From NCBI RefSeq assembly GCF_000172995.2, contig NC_014729.1, forward strand, positions 1,860,001-1,892,000: a stretch of 32,000 bases of DNA, written 5' to 3'. The translations under genes and the position numbers were made by a program. Source of the DNA: Halogeometricum borinquense DSM 11551 (lineage in GTDB: Archaea > Halobacteriota > Halobacteria > Halobacteriales > Haloferacaceae). This document shows positions 23,862 to 32,000 of the stretch, in pieces; position 1 is the first letter of the stretch, and every line of letters starts with the position of its first letter. A model generated the notes under the pieces. It worked only from the letters and a program-made list of their open reading frames with translations, was not told the DNA's origin and made no database searches.

Positions 23862-25013
23862 TCACTCGCGTACGAACGACTCGATGCGGTTCAGTGCCGT
23901 CTTCAACTCGGACATGCTCGTCGCATAGGACACGCGGAGGTGGCCCTCTCCGCTCTCTCCGAAGACGCGGCCGGGAACGAGCGCGACTTTTTCCTCTTGG
24001 AGGAGGGCTTCCGCGAACGCCTCGTCGTCTTCCCATCCCGGTGGACACTTCGGGAAGACGTAGAACGCGCCCTTCGCCTCGAAGCAGTCCATCCCGATGT
24101 CGTTGAACCGGGAGATGACGAACCGGCGTCGCCGGTCGTAGGCACGGCGCATCTCGTCAACGGCGTCGTCACACGACTCGATGGCTTCGAGGGCGGCGTA
24201 CTGCGCTGTCGTCGGCGCCGAGAGCATCGTGTACTGATGGATCCGGTTCATCGCATCGATGATGGCGGCGGGTCCGAGCGCGTACCCGAGTCGAAGGCCG
24301 GTCATCGCGTAGGCTTTCGAGAACCCGTTGAACACGACGGTCCGTTCGCGCATCCCCGGGAGTGTGGCGATGGAGACGTGGTCGTCCTCGTACCGGAGCG
24401 CCGCGTAGATTTCGTCGGAGAGGACGAACAGATCGTGTTCGCGCGCGAACTCCGCCACGTCAGCGAGTTCGTCGCGGGTCATCACCGCACCGGTCGGATT
24501 ATTCGGGTAGCAGAGGACGAGCACGTCCGCTTCTGCCGCTCCCGCGCGTTCGAGGTCGTCGTACCCGACCGCAAAGTCCGCTTCGGCGCGTGTGGGGACC
24601 GACAAGGCCTCACCGCCCGCGAACGACACCGTCGGTTCGTAGGAGATGTACGACGGTTCGGGGACGGCGACGATATCGCCCGTATCAACGAGTGCGCGCA
24701 TCGCCAGGTCAACGGCTTCGCTCGCACCCGCGGTGACGAGTATCTCGTCGTCAGGGTCGTACTGCTGGTCGTAGCGCTCGACCCGTCCGGCGATGGCCTC
24801 GCGGAGTTCTCGCATCCCCCGATTCGAGGTGTAGGAGGTGCGACCGCGTTCCAGCGAGTCGATAGCGGCGGTTCGTGCGGCCCACGGCGCAGAGAAGTCC
24901 GGTTCTCCGACACCGAGCGAGATGACATCGTCCATCTCCTCTGCGACCTCGAAAAACCGGCGGATACCCGACGGTGGCGTCTCGCGCGCGAGTGTCGAGA
25001 GATAGTCACTCAT
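23862..25013 (-). CDS. Class I/II pyridoxal-phosphate-dependent aminotransferase (aspartate aminotransferase-like)
   Basis: PSGIRRFFE...ISLGVGEPDF..P...Y.SN.G...LR.AI...YPNNPTGAVM...SDEIY...FSKAYAMTGLRLGY (PLP-Lys). Confidence 0.9.
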   Translation of the reverse strand: MSDYLSTLARETPPSGIRRFFEVAEEMDDVISLGVGEPDFSAPWAARTAAIDSLERGRTSYTSNRGMRELREAIAGRVERYDQQYDPDDEILVTAGASEAVDLAMRALVDTGDIVAVPEPSYISYEPTVSFAGGEALSVPTRAEADFAVGYDDLERAGAAEADVLVLCYPNNPTGAVMTRDELADVAEFAREHDLFVLSDEIYAALRYEDDHVSIATLPGMRERTVVFNGFSKAYAMTGLRLGYALGPAAIIDAMNRIHQYTMLSAPTTAQYAALEAIESCDDAVDEMRRAYDRRRRFVISRFNDIGMDCFEAKGAFYVFPKCPPGWEDDEAFAEALLQEEKVALVPGRVFGESGEGHLRVSYATSMSELKTALNRIESFVRE

Positions 25014-25498
25014 GGCGAGAACGTGAGTCGGTCGTCATCATCGCCGTCGCCCATCTCGATGCCGCGGTCCTTGTACGTCTCCATGACGAAGTGTGTGACC
25101 GTCTGCGTCACCTCGGGGATGGGAGCGATGCGTTCGGAGATGAACCTAGATACGTCGTGCATCGAGTCACCTTCGACAGTGAGCGCGAAGTCGTAATCGC
25201 CCGAAACCAAACAGAGCGACGTCACTTCTGGGAACTTGGCGATACGGCGCGAAATCTCCTCGTATCCCGTCTCGCGGTCGAGTTCGACGTTCAACTCGAC
25301 CTGCGCTTGCACGTGTTCTTCGTCCACGCGGTCCCAATCGACGACCGCTTGGTACCCGCGGATGACGCCGTCTTCCTCCAACTCGTCGATGAGTGCTTCG
25401 ACCGCTGCTGCGTCGAGTCCAGTCTGTCGAGCGATGTCTTCTGGGCTCTCACGAGCGTTGCGGAGCAACAGGTCGAGCAGTTCCCGCTTGTCGTCCAT
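25010..25498 (-). CDS. Lrp/AsnC family transcriptional regulator
   Basis: Start at MDDKRELLDLLLRNARESPEDIARQTGLDAAAVEALIDELEEDGVIRGY (HTH), then a RAM/ACT-like domain. ATGA overlap with the aminotransferase start (25010-25013). Confidence 0.85.
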   Translation of the reverse strand: MDDKRELLDLLLRNARESPEDIARQTGLDAAAVEALIDELEEDGVIRGYQAVVDWDRVDEEHVQAQVELNVELDRETGYEEISRRIAKFPEVTSLCLVSGDYDFALTVEGDSMHDVSRFISERIAPIPEVTQTVTHFVMETYKDRGIEMGDGDDDDRLTFSP

Positions 25499-25664
25499 AC
25501 TACCGAGTTGCGGTCCCGGGTAAAATGGTTTGCTCCCGACGCAAGCATGTGTCACCGGCCGAGACACTACACGGGGGACGAAACTGGGAGGCTATAATTC
25601 AACGACGAGACATCCGAGTTCGACGCAATCGTTATCTGACGCCCGCCGAAACAGGGATGTATCT

Positions 25665-26753
25665 ATGTCGAAACATCGGCGCGGGGAACAACGGCAGAAG
25701 TGGAGCCGACTCGCAGGCGGCCGGTCCCGGCGAGCGTTTTTGAAAGCCGGCGGCGCAGCAGGTGTGGCCGCGTTAGCCGGGTGCTCCGGTGTGCAGGATG
25801 GGGGTGGAACCACGACCGGAGCGACGACGGGGACGGCGTCGTCGATGGCCGATTCGCTGACGATATTCCACGCGGGAAGCCTCGAACCGCCGTTCAGCGC
25901 GGCCGAAGCCGCGTTCGAGGAACAGTACGATGTCGAAGTCAATCGCGAGGCGAAGGGGTCGGTGGCATCCACGAAGAAGATCACACAGCAGGGCCGACGC
26001 GCCGACGTACTCGGCGTGTCTGATTTCCGTCTCATCAGAAACCGCGTGCTTCCGGAGTACGGGAAGTGGTACTCCATCTTCACGACGAACTCGATGTCGA
26101 TCCAGTACCGCGAGGACTCCAACGGGGCAGAAGACATCAGTACAGACAACTGGTGGGAAGTGCTCTCGCGGGACGGCGTGACTATCGGGCACAGCGATCC
26201 GGCCGTAGACCCCGGTGGATACCGTGCCGTCATGACCCAACAGTTGGGTGCGAAGTCGTTCGACGGGGCGAAGCTCTACGACCAATCGACGTACGAGAAA
26301 CTGCGGGCGAACTCGGTCGTCCCTACGGGGACCGAGACGAATCTCGAAGGCCAACTAAAGTCGGGCAAACTCGACTACGCCATCTACTACCAGTCGATCA
26401 GTTCGACCTCGGAACTCCCGTACATCGATCTCCAACCGCAAGTGGACCTCTCGAAAGCAACGTCTGAATACGCCGAACACTACGCCAAAGCGACGGTTGA
26501 GACGGACAGCGGGACGTTCACTGGCGCACCCATCGCCTACGGAATTACCGTTCCCGACGTGGCCGACGCGCCGAATCTCGGCGCGAAGTGGGTGGAGTTC
26601 ATGCTCAACGGCGAAGGGCAAAACGCACTCGAAGCAAAAGGTCTCGTCCCGGTCGAACCCGCCGTCGTCCCGAAGTCCGGGGCTGACGCCGTGCCGTCGA
26701 ACGTGATGGAGTACGCGACTGCGAAGTCCACGCTCGGGCCGATGGAACTGTAA
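25665..26753 (+). CDS. Molybdate/tungstate-type ABC transporter substrate-binding lipoprotein (WtpA/ModA-like)
   Basis: Start at MSKHRRG. Tat motif plus lipobox (SRRAFLKAGGAAGVAALAGC). LTIFHAGSLEPPF...EAKGSVAS.KKI.....ADVLGVSD...GHSDPAVDPGGYRAVM. Confidence 0.8.
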   Translation: MSKHRRGEQRQKWSRLAGGRSRRAFLKAGGAAGVAALAGCSGVQDGGGTTTGATTGTASSMADSLTIFHAGSLEPPFSAAEAAFEEQYDVEVNREAKGSVASTKKITQQGRRADVLGVSDFRLIRNRVLPEYGKWYSIFTTNSMSIQYREDSNGAEDISTDNWWEVLSRDGVTIGHSDPAVDPGGYRAVMTQQLGAKSFDGAKLYDQSTYEKLRANSVVPTGTETNLEGQLKSGKLDYAIYYQSISSTSELPYIDLQPQVDLSKATSEYAEHYAKATVETDSGTFTGAPIAYGITVPDVADAPNLGAKWVEFMLNGEGQNALEAKGLVPVEPAVVPKSGADAVPSNVMEYATAKSTLGPMEL

Positions 26754-26771
26754 CCACAGTTCAGCGAATCC

Positions 26772-27770
26772 ATGTCCGCACCACCAACGGCAGATGTAGG
26801 CACCGGGCGGAGCAGTGCGTTCGAGACGCTTCCACGCGGGTCGCTCGTGGTGGCGTTCGCCGTCGTCCAACTCGTCGCGTTCGCGGCGACATACACCGCT
26901 GGAATACCGACTGTGTACGCGGGGTTTGCGCTGTTGAGCGTCTTCGGCGCGGCCGTCGCCGCCAACGAAGGCGTGTTCGGCGTGACTATCGCCGTCCTCG
27001 GGAGCGTTCTTCTGTTGGCCGTCGGGTTGCCGCTTGCGATGTTCGTCGCCCGTCAGCGACCGTCGCTCATCCTCGAACGTGCGCTTGATCCCGATGTCCA
27101 CCGGATGTTGTACCTCTCCGTGTACGCTCCCTTACTCGCGGCGCTCGTGAGCGTCATCTTCGGTGTTCCGCTCGCACTCGCACTCTCGCGGGGGTTCCCC
27201 GGCCGGACGCTCGTCGCAAGTCTCGTCGATCTACCGCTCGTCGTTCCGCACTCCGCGGCGGGCATTATCGTCCTGTTCGGTTTCGGACGAGGCGGCGCGT
27301 TCCCGCAGTTAACTGTCCTCGGGACGGTAACCGGGATGGTGCTGGCGATGGTGTTCGTCAGCGCGCCGTACGCGGTCAACAGCGCCCGCGAAGCGTTCGA
27401 GGCGGTAGACGACCGTCTGGAGTACGCCTCGCGGATTCACGGTGCGAGTCGCTTCGAGACGTTCCGGCGGGTGACGGGACCGCTGGCCGTTCGCGGCATC
27501 GTGACCGGCGGCGTGCTGGCGTGGGCGCGGTCGGTCTCGGAGTTCGGTGCGGTGGCTATCGTCGCCTACAGCGTTCGATTCTTCTACCCGCCCGCGGGAC
27601 GTGAGGTGACGAGCCAGCACGCCCCCGTGTTCATCCGGAAGGCGTACCTGACCGGCGGTCTCGATCAGAGCGGCGCGGTCACGTTCCTTTTGCTGCTCGT
27701 CTCGACGGCCGTCTTCCTCATCATCCGATGGCTCGCCGCCGATACGACCAGAACGGGAGGGATTCGATGA
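26772..27770 (+). CDS. ABC transporter permease (ModB/WtpB-like)
   Basis: 332 aa, polytopic. EAA-type loop SAREAFEAVDDRLEYASRIHGASRFETFRRVTGPL. Has a longer N-terminal hydrophobic extension than typical ModB. Confidence 0.85.
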   Translation: MSAPPTADVGTGRSSAFETLPRGSLVVAFAVVQLVAFAATYTAGIPTVYAGFALLSVFGAAVAANEGVFGVTIAVLGSVLLLAVGLPLAMFVARQRPSLILERALDPDVHRMLYLSVYAPLLAALVSVIFGVPLALALSRGFPGRTLVASLVDLPLVVPHSAAGIIVLFGFGRGGAFPQLTVLGTVTGMVLAMVFVSAPYAVNSAREAFEAVDDRLEYASRIHGASRFETFRRVTGPLAVRGIVTGGVLAWARSVSEFGAVAIVAYSVRFFYPPAGREVTSQHAPVFIRKAYLTGGLDQSGAVTFLLLLVSTAVFLIIRWLAADTTRTGGIR

Positions 27771-28726
27771 CGCTCTCGGTCGATGTCGAGGCGACGTTCA
27801 CCGCGCGCGGAGCGGACCCGTTCACCACGGCCGCGGCGTTCGAAGTCAAGCGCGGTGAGACAGCGGTCGTTCTCGGCCCCAGTGGAAGCGGGAAGTCGCT
27901 CCTCCTTGAGACAGTCGCGGGGTTCCACTCACACGATGGGTCCGTCGCTCTCGACGGCACCGACCTCACGCCTAAGGCACCCGAAAACCGCCGGTTCGGA
28001 TTCGTGTTCCAGAACTACATGCTGTTTCCGAACATGACCGTCGCGGAAAACGTTCGGTACGGCGACCGCTATCACGAGACGACGGGCGACGCGGCGGAAC
28101 TGCTGGCCGAACTCGGAATTAGCGATCTTGCGGATCGGTACCCATCGACATTGTCCGGCGGCGAGAAACAGCGGGTCGCACTCGCGCGTTCGCTGTACGT
28201 TCGCCCGGATGTTCTCCTCTTGGACGAACCGCTCTCGGCGCTCGACGTGCCGACGCAGACACGACTCAGACAGGACATGCTCGATGTCCTCGATGGCGTC
28301 ACCGCGGTCTACGTCACGCACGACCGGACGACGGCCCGAACGCTCGCCGACCGGATACTGGTGATGAACGAGGGGCGTATCGTCCAGCGCGGAACGCCCG
28401 ACGCCGTCTTCGACCGTCCGACATCGCAGTTCGTCGCGCAGTTTACCGGAAGTAACTGTGTCCCCCTCGACACCGACGATCTCCGCAGTGCCGTTGATGG
28501 GTCGGGAAACGCCGAATATCTCGCTGTCCGTCCGGAAAACGTCCGACTCGACAACGGATCGGGCGACGTTACGGCGAGAGTCGAACGAGTCGTCCGTGAG
28601 GATGCCGTGTTCCGCGTGACCCTCGCTGTCAGCGACCACCGGATCGATGCCTACACTACTGATCCGCCCGCGCCCGGATCTTCCGTCGGCGTTTCGTTCG
28701 AGGAGTCCGCAAGTACGTTGCTCTGA
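27767..28726 (+). CDS. ABC transporter ATP-binding protein with a C-terminal TOBE/MOP-like domain
   Basis: Start at MTLSVDVE (ATGA overlap with the permease stop). Walker A GPSGSGKS, signature LSGGEKQRV, Walker B LLLDEP. Confidence 0.9.
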   Translation: MTLSVDVEATFTARGADPFTTAAAFEVKRGETAVVLGPSGSGKSLLLETVAGFHSHDGSVALDGTDLTPKAPENRRFGFVFQNYMLFPNMTVAENVRYGDRYHETTGDAAELLAELGISDLADRYPSTLSGGEKQRVALARSLYVRPDVLLLDEPLSALDVPTQTRLRQDMLDVLDGVTAVYVTHDRTTARTLADRILVMNEGRIVQRGTPDAVFDRPTSQFVAQFTGSNCVPLDTDDLRSAVDGSGNAEYLAVRPENVRLDNGSGDVTARVERVVREDAVFRVTLAVSDHRIDAYTTDPPAPGSSVGVSFEESASTLL

Positions 28727-28741
28727 GAGCGAGAAAACGAT

Positions 28742-28957
28742 TCACTCGGTAGTTGTCGTCCGAATTTCGTAGGCTAATACCACTAGCGTAGCGAGTAACA
28801 GCAACATGAGGGCGACTTCGTCGAACGTATCGACGACTGACGGGCCCTCGGTGGCGATTCCACGGAGCGTTTCCCATTGGATGGACACCCAAACGAGACT
28901 GACCAAGAACAGAGAGAGCGCACCACTCCAGCGTTTAACGTGATGGGTGAGCTTCAT
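28742..28957 (-). CDS. Small hypothetical membrane protein (71 aa, 2 TM)
   Basis: MKLTHHVKRWSGALSLFLVSLVWVSIQW...ALMLLLLATLVVLAYEIR. The longer 186-aa track ORF would overlap the divergent VWA gene start and is not used. Confidence 0.45.
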   Translation of the reverse strand: MKLTHHVKRWSGALSLFLVSLVWVSIQWETLRGIATEGPSVVDTFDEVALMLLLLATLVVLAYEIRTTTTE

Positions 28958-29098
28958 ATGTGGGTGAACTCGAGAGACACGGTTGAAATATCTGTGTTCT
29001 AATGATACCAATCGAATAGGTATGGATTCGAGACTGTTCCTTGCATCCACCGACGTATTGGAAAAGACACAATAGGCGTGCGAACACCAACTCTGTCG

Positions 29099-30895
29099 AT
29101 GGCCCTCTCTGACGTCTTTCTCACCCCGCTGGGATTCGCCGCCCTTGCCGCCGCGATTCCCATCCTCATTCTGTATCTGGTTCGCCCCGATCCGCGGCGG
29201 ATTCAGTTCCCGACGTACCAGTTCCTCACAGAGGACCAACGAGAGAACGAGTCGAACCCGGTATTCGAACGACTCAAACGAAGTACGCTGTTGCTGTTGC
29301 AACTGCTGGTGATTCTCCTGCTCGCCACGGCGCTGTCCACGCCGTACGTGTCTACTTCGCAGTCCGAAACCGTCGAGGAGACGGTCTTAGTCGTGGATGC
29401 AAGCGCCAGCATGAACGTTCAGTCCGACGGCGGGACGCGATTCTCGCGTGCTGTCTCCGAGGCGCAGGATGCCGTCACCGGCACTACCTCTATCGTCGTC
29501 GCCGGTGCGGAGCCACGTGTCGAACTCCGGAGCGGGCCGGCGGACGATGCGAAGTCGGTTCTCACGGGTCTGTCGCCCACTGACGCACCCGGTGATTTAC
29601 GCTCGGCCATCTCTACAGCGGCATCTATCGCGGGTGAAGGATCCCGAATCGTCGTCGTAAGCGACTTCGCCGATGACAGTGCGTGGCGGGACGCGGTCCG
29701 CGTTGCCCGCGCTCGCGGTCTGTCGGTCGAACTCCGCCAGTTCAATGGCGGCGGGGCAGGCAACGTTGGTATCGTCAGCCGGTCGTTTTCGGGCACCGAG
29801 GTGACGGTGTCGCTGAAGAACTACGGCAACGATTCCGTGACGCGAAGCGTCTCGCTCGGCGGCACACAGAAGTCGCTGTCGCTCGGCCCGGGCGACGTTC
29901 GTTCGGTGACGTTCCAGATTCCGGCGAGCGGCGGGACGGTCACACTTTCGCCCGGCGATGACTTCCCGACGGACGACACCGCTTCGGTCGCCGCACCGCC
30001 GGACGCCGTCGTGGACGTTCTCGTCGTGACGAACGACGAGAACAACTACCTCACGACCGCGCTCTCGGTCATCGATAGCGTCAAACTCACGGTGAAGAAC
30101 CCGCCGACGCCGACGGACGGCAACTACGACGTGGTCGTCTACTCGAACGTGGAGGGCGAACGACTCCTCGCGGGCAACCTGCAGGCGGGACGTGACGCAA
30201 TCAAGAACGGCGGCGGCGTCGTGATTCAGGCGCAGTCACCCATGCCGAAGCGGTACGACGATCTGCTTTTGCTCTCCCCCAACGGAACGGGGACGAACCC
30301 GACGCTCACCTCGCCCGCAAAGACGGAACTGATGCGGAACATCAACTTCCCACCGCCGGAGCTGTACCTCCAAGGCGAACTCCGCGAGGGGAAGGCGCTC
30401 TTGAAAACGGCAGATGGTACGCCGATGATCGCAACCGCCCAGCGCGGTTCCGGCCAGATACTCTACTACGGCTACATCGAGTCGGACTCGTCGTTCAAGT
30501 ACAACTACCAGTATCCGGTGTTCTGGAAGCGCGCTGTCTACGACCTCGCCGGACGGCCGCCGCTCTCGGCGTTGAACGAGCAGACCGGCACGCGCCTGTC
30601 GTTCGAGAACGAGACGAGCATTACGACGCCCGAGGGTGCGGTCACCGCGTCGTCTGTCCGTCTCGACGATTCCGGGTTCTACGAAGTTGACGGCACGCGA
30701 TACAGCGCGTCGCTGTTGAGTGAATCCGAGTCCGCCGTCGTCGCGTCCGACATCGGCGCCACAGATAACGAGAGCGTGGCGTCGCGCGAGGAAGAGAAAA
30801 CCGCTCCGGACCCGCTGACCGAATGGGTCGCACTCGCCGCTATCGGTGGCGTCGTCCTCGAAGTCGCCTACCTCCGCCGACGAGGTGATCTCTAA
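29099..30895 (+). CDS. BatA-like membrane protein: N-terminal double-TM aerotolerance-regulator-type domain plus VWA domain plus C-terminal TM
   Basis: FLTPLGFAALAAAIPILILYLVRPDPRRIQFPTYQFL (BatA N-terminal motif). VLVVDASASM (DxSxS MIDAS). C-terminal EWVALAAIGGVVLEVAYLRRRG. ATG 29099 is preferred to GTG 29078. Confidence 0.8.
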   Translation: MALSDVFLTPLGFAALAAAIPILILYLVRPDPRRIQFPTYQFLTEDQRENESNPVFERLKRSTLLLLQLLVILLLATALSTPYVSTSQSETVEETVLVVDASASMNVQSDGGTRFSRAVSEAQDAVTGTTSIVVAGAEPRVELRSGPADDAKSVLTGLSPTDAPGDLRSAISTAASIAGEGSRIVVVSDFADDSAWRDAVRVARARGLSVELRQFNGGGAGNVGIVSRSFSGTEVTVSLKNYGNDSVTRSVSLGGTQKSLSLGPGDVRSVTFQIPASGGTVTLSPGDDFPTDDTASVAAPPDAVVDVLVVTNDENNYLTTALSVIDSVKLTVKNPPTPTDGNYDVVVYSNVEGERLLAGNLQAGRDAIKNGGGVVIQAQSPMPKRYDDLLLLSPNGTGTNPTLTSPAKTELMRNINFPPPELYLQGELREGKALLKTADGTPMIATAQRGSGQILYYGYIESDSSFKYNYQYPVFWKRAVYDLAGRPPLSALNEQTGTRLSFENETSITTPEGAVTASSVRLDDSGFYEVDGTRYSASLLSESESAVVASDIGATDNESVASREEEKTAPDPLTEWVALAAIGGVVLEVAYLRRRGDL

Positions 30896-32000
30896 TGGTC
30901 GGCTTCGAGCTCCCAACGGGCATGACTGTCGGCGTAGAGCGGCCGCTGTTCCTCCTCGCTTTGCCCATCGGGGTCATCCTCCTGTGGGCGTTCGTGTGGT
31001 ACAGAGCGGACGGAACGGCGTCAAATCGGAGTCGGCAGTGGTTCTTCGTCGTGCGCATCCTCACCGTCGTCCTCCTCGTCGTTTCCGCCGCCGGACCGTA
31101 CACGGCCCAGTCAACCGAGACCTTGGGGGAACCGAAGGTGACACTCCTCGTAGATCGCTCTGATAGTACGACTGTCGCGCCCCAACGCGCCGACAAAGTT
31201 GCGTCGGCTATCGAGAAAGCGGGTGTTCCGGTGGCGACGACGACGATTGCCAGCGGCGGCTCCTCGCCTATCGGCGACGGTGTGGCCGCGAACCTCCGCG
31301 AGAACGGGAGCGTCCTCCTCCTTTCGGATGGCAGGGTGACAGAGGGACGGTCGCTTTCCGAGGTAACGGAACTCGCTCGGTCGCTGAACACCACCGTCTC
31401 CACCGTTTCGCCCGAACCCAACACGAAAGAACGGTATGTGTCGGTTAACGGTCCCTCGAAGACGAGCGTCGGCGTCGAAAGCACGTTCCTCGTCAGCGTC
31501 GGCGGCGTCGAAATAAACACGCCGGCCAAAGTGACCGTCGCGGTAGACGGCGAGCAAGTGTTGGAGACGACGATTCAGAACGCCACCGACGCCCGCGAGT
31601 TCACGCACACGTTCTCGGAGACGGGGACGCATCGAATCACCGCGGAGATGGAATCGACCGACAAGTTCGAACAAAACGACGTGTTCCGCAAGACGGTCCG
31701 CGCCGTAGACCGGCCGAAGATTCTGTACGTCTCCGAGCGGGGCTACCCGTTCGAGAGTTACCTCCGCAACGTGTACAACGTCGAAAAGCGGTCGTCAGTT
31801 CCCGAAGACCTCTCGCCGTACTACGCCGTCGTCGTGCAGGATATGCCCGCGAGCCGTATCGGCAACGTGGACGCTCTCCAAGAGTACGTCATCGATGGCA
31901 ACGGACTGCTTGTCGTCGGCGGACCGAACTCGTTCGAGAACGGTAACTACGAGAGTTCCTCGCTGGCGTCGATGCTCCCGGTGACCACCGGCGACGGGAG
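30895..32000 (+). CDS. Second BatA/BatB-like VWA membrane protein with a GATase1-like C-terminal region (partial, runs off the right edge)
   Basis: Not in the ORF track because there is no stop in the window. I translated it by hand and it is open from ATG 30895 (TAATG overlap with the upstream stop) to 32000. LFLLALPIGVILLWAFVWY...TLLVDRSDST (MIDAS)...PKILYVSERGY...YYAVVVQDMP...LLVVGGPNSF. Confidence 0.75.
   Translation, partial: MVGFELPTGMTVGVERPLFLLALPIGVILLWAFVWYRADGTASNRSRQWFFVVRILTVVLLVVSAAGPYTAQSTETLGEPKVTLLVDRSDSTTVAPQRADKVASAIEKAGVPVATTTIASGGSSPIGDGVAANLRENGSVLLLSDGRVTEGRSLSEVTELARSLNTTVSTVSPEPNTKERYVSVNGPSKTSVGVESTFLVSVGGVEINTPAKVTVAVDGEQVLETTIQNATDAREFTHTFSETGTHRITAEMESTDKFEQNDVFRKTVRAVDRPKILYVSERGYPFESYLRNVYNVEKRSSVPEDLSPYYAVVVQDMPASRIGNVDALQEYVIDGNGLLVVGGPNSFENGNYESSSLASMLPVTTGDG

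Noticed and set aside
23736-25196. 486-aa plus-strand ORF.
   Set aside because: It is antisense to the aminotransferase and Lrp genes, whose motifs are unambiguous. Its composition is Arg-rich and basic, and no motifs are present.
25592-28639. Minus-strand ORFs 25592-26233, 25773-26354, 26355-27101 and 27929-28639.
   Set aside because: They are antisense to the three ABC transporter genes, which carry Walker A/B, signature and EAA-loop motifs on the plus strand.
28958-29302. The upstream 115 codons of the 186-aa minus-strand ORF 28742-29302.
   Set aside because: This part would overlap the start of the divergent BatA-like gene and is Arg/Gln-rich. Only the C-terminal 71-aa hydrophobic part, starting at MKLTHH, is plausible.
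30236-31674. Minus-strand ORFs 30236-30916, 30840-31529 and 31111-31674.
   Set aside because: They are antisense to the two VWA genes. The translations are Arg-rich, while the plus-strand frames carry MIDAS and TM motifs and remain open.
1-32000. CRISPR arrays, rRNA genes, and IS elements with terminal inverted repeats.
   Set aside because: Reading through the window, I found no regularly spaced direct repeats, no rRNA-like stretches and no transposase-like ORFs. The only long repeat is the 84-bp pair at 7104 and 10212.

Overview
The window looks like a chromosomal segment from a haloarchaeon (class Halobacteria). Supporting signs are high GC outside one island, strongly acidic predicted proteins, Tat/lipobox signal peptides, HalX and HalOD1 domains, and an intron-containing tRNA-Trp. 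Most of it is ordinary housekeeping or metabolic coding sequence: an FAH-family hydrolase, a UPF0173 metallo-hydrolase, OsmC, DJ-1/PfpI, a HAD-IIA phosphatase, GTP cyclohydrolase III, a PPOX-family protein, IMP dehydrogenase, TrmB, an Lrp/AsnC-aminotransferase operon and a molybdate/tungstate-type ABC transporter. Many long ORFs in the track are antisense shadow ORFs typical of high-GC DNA and are rejected.

Four regions stand out:
1. 7104-10295 is a ~3.2-kb decayed integrative element flanked by 84-bp direct repeats (83/84 identical). It lies 28 bp downstream of tRNA-Trp and carries a C2H2 zinc-finger gene, an AT-rich four-gene secreted/membrane cassette of unknown function, and an inactivated tyrosine-integrase gene.
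2. 18450-21413 is a two-gene module: a RecA/KaiC-like protein lacking a P-loop, followed by a 720-aa protein whose C-terminus reads as a CHAT (caspase-like) protease with an intact His/Cys dyad and whose ~460-aa N-terminus is unrecognisable. A HalX response regulator and a 47-aa signal-peptide-like micro-ORF sit next to it. This is my best candidate for an undescribed system.
3. 12303-14025 is an SBP56 (selenium-binding protein / methanethiol-oxidase family) gene tightly coupled to a plant-type [2Fe-2S] ferredoxin.
4. 29099-32000 is a BatA-like pair of VWA membrane proteins.

All family assignments come from reading motifs by eye. No database search was run.
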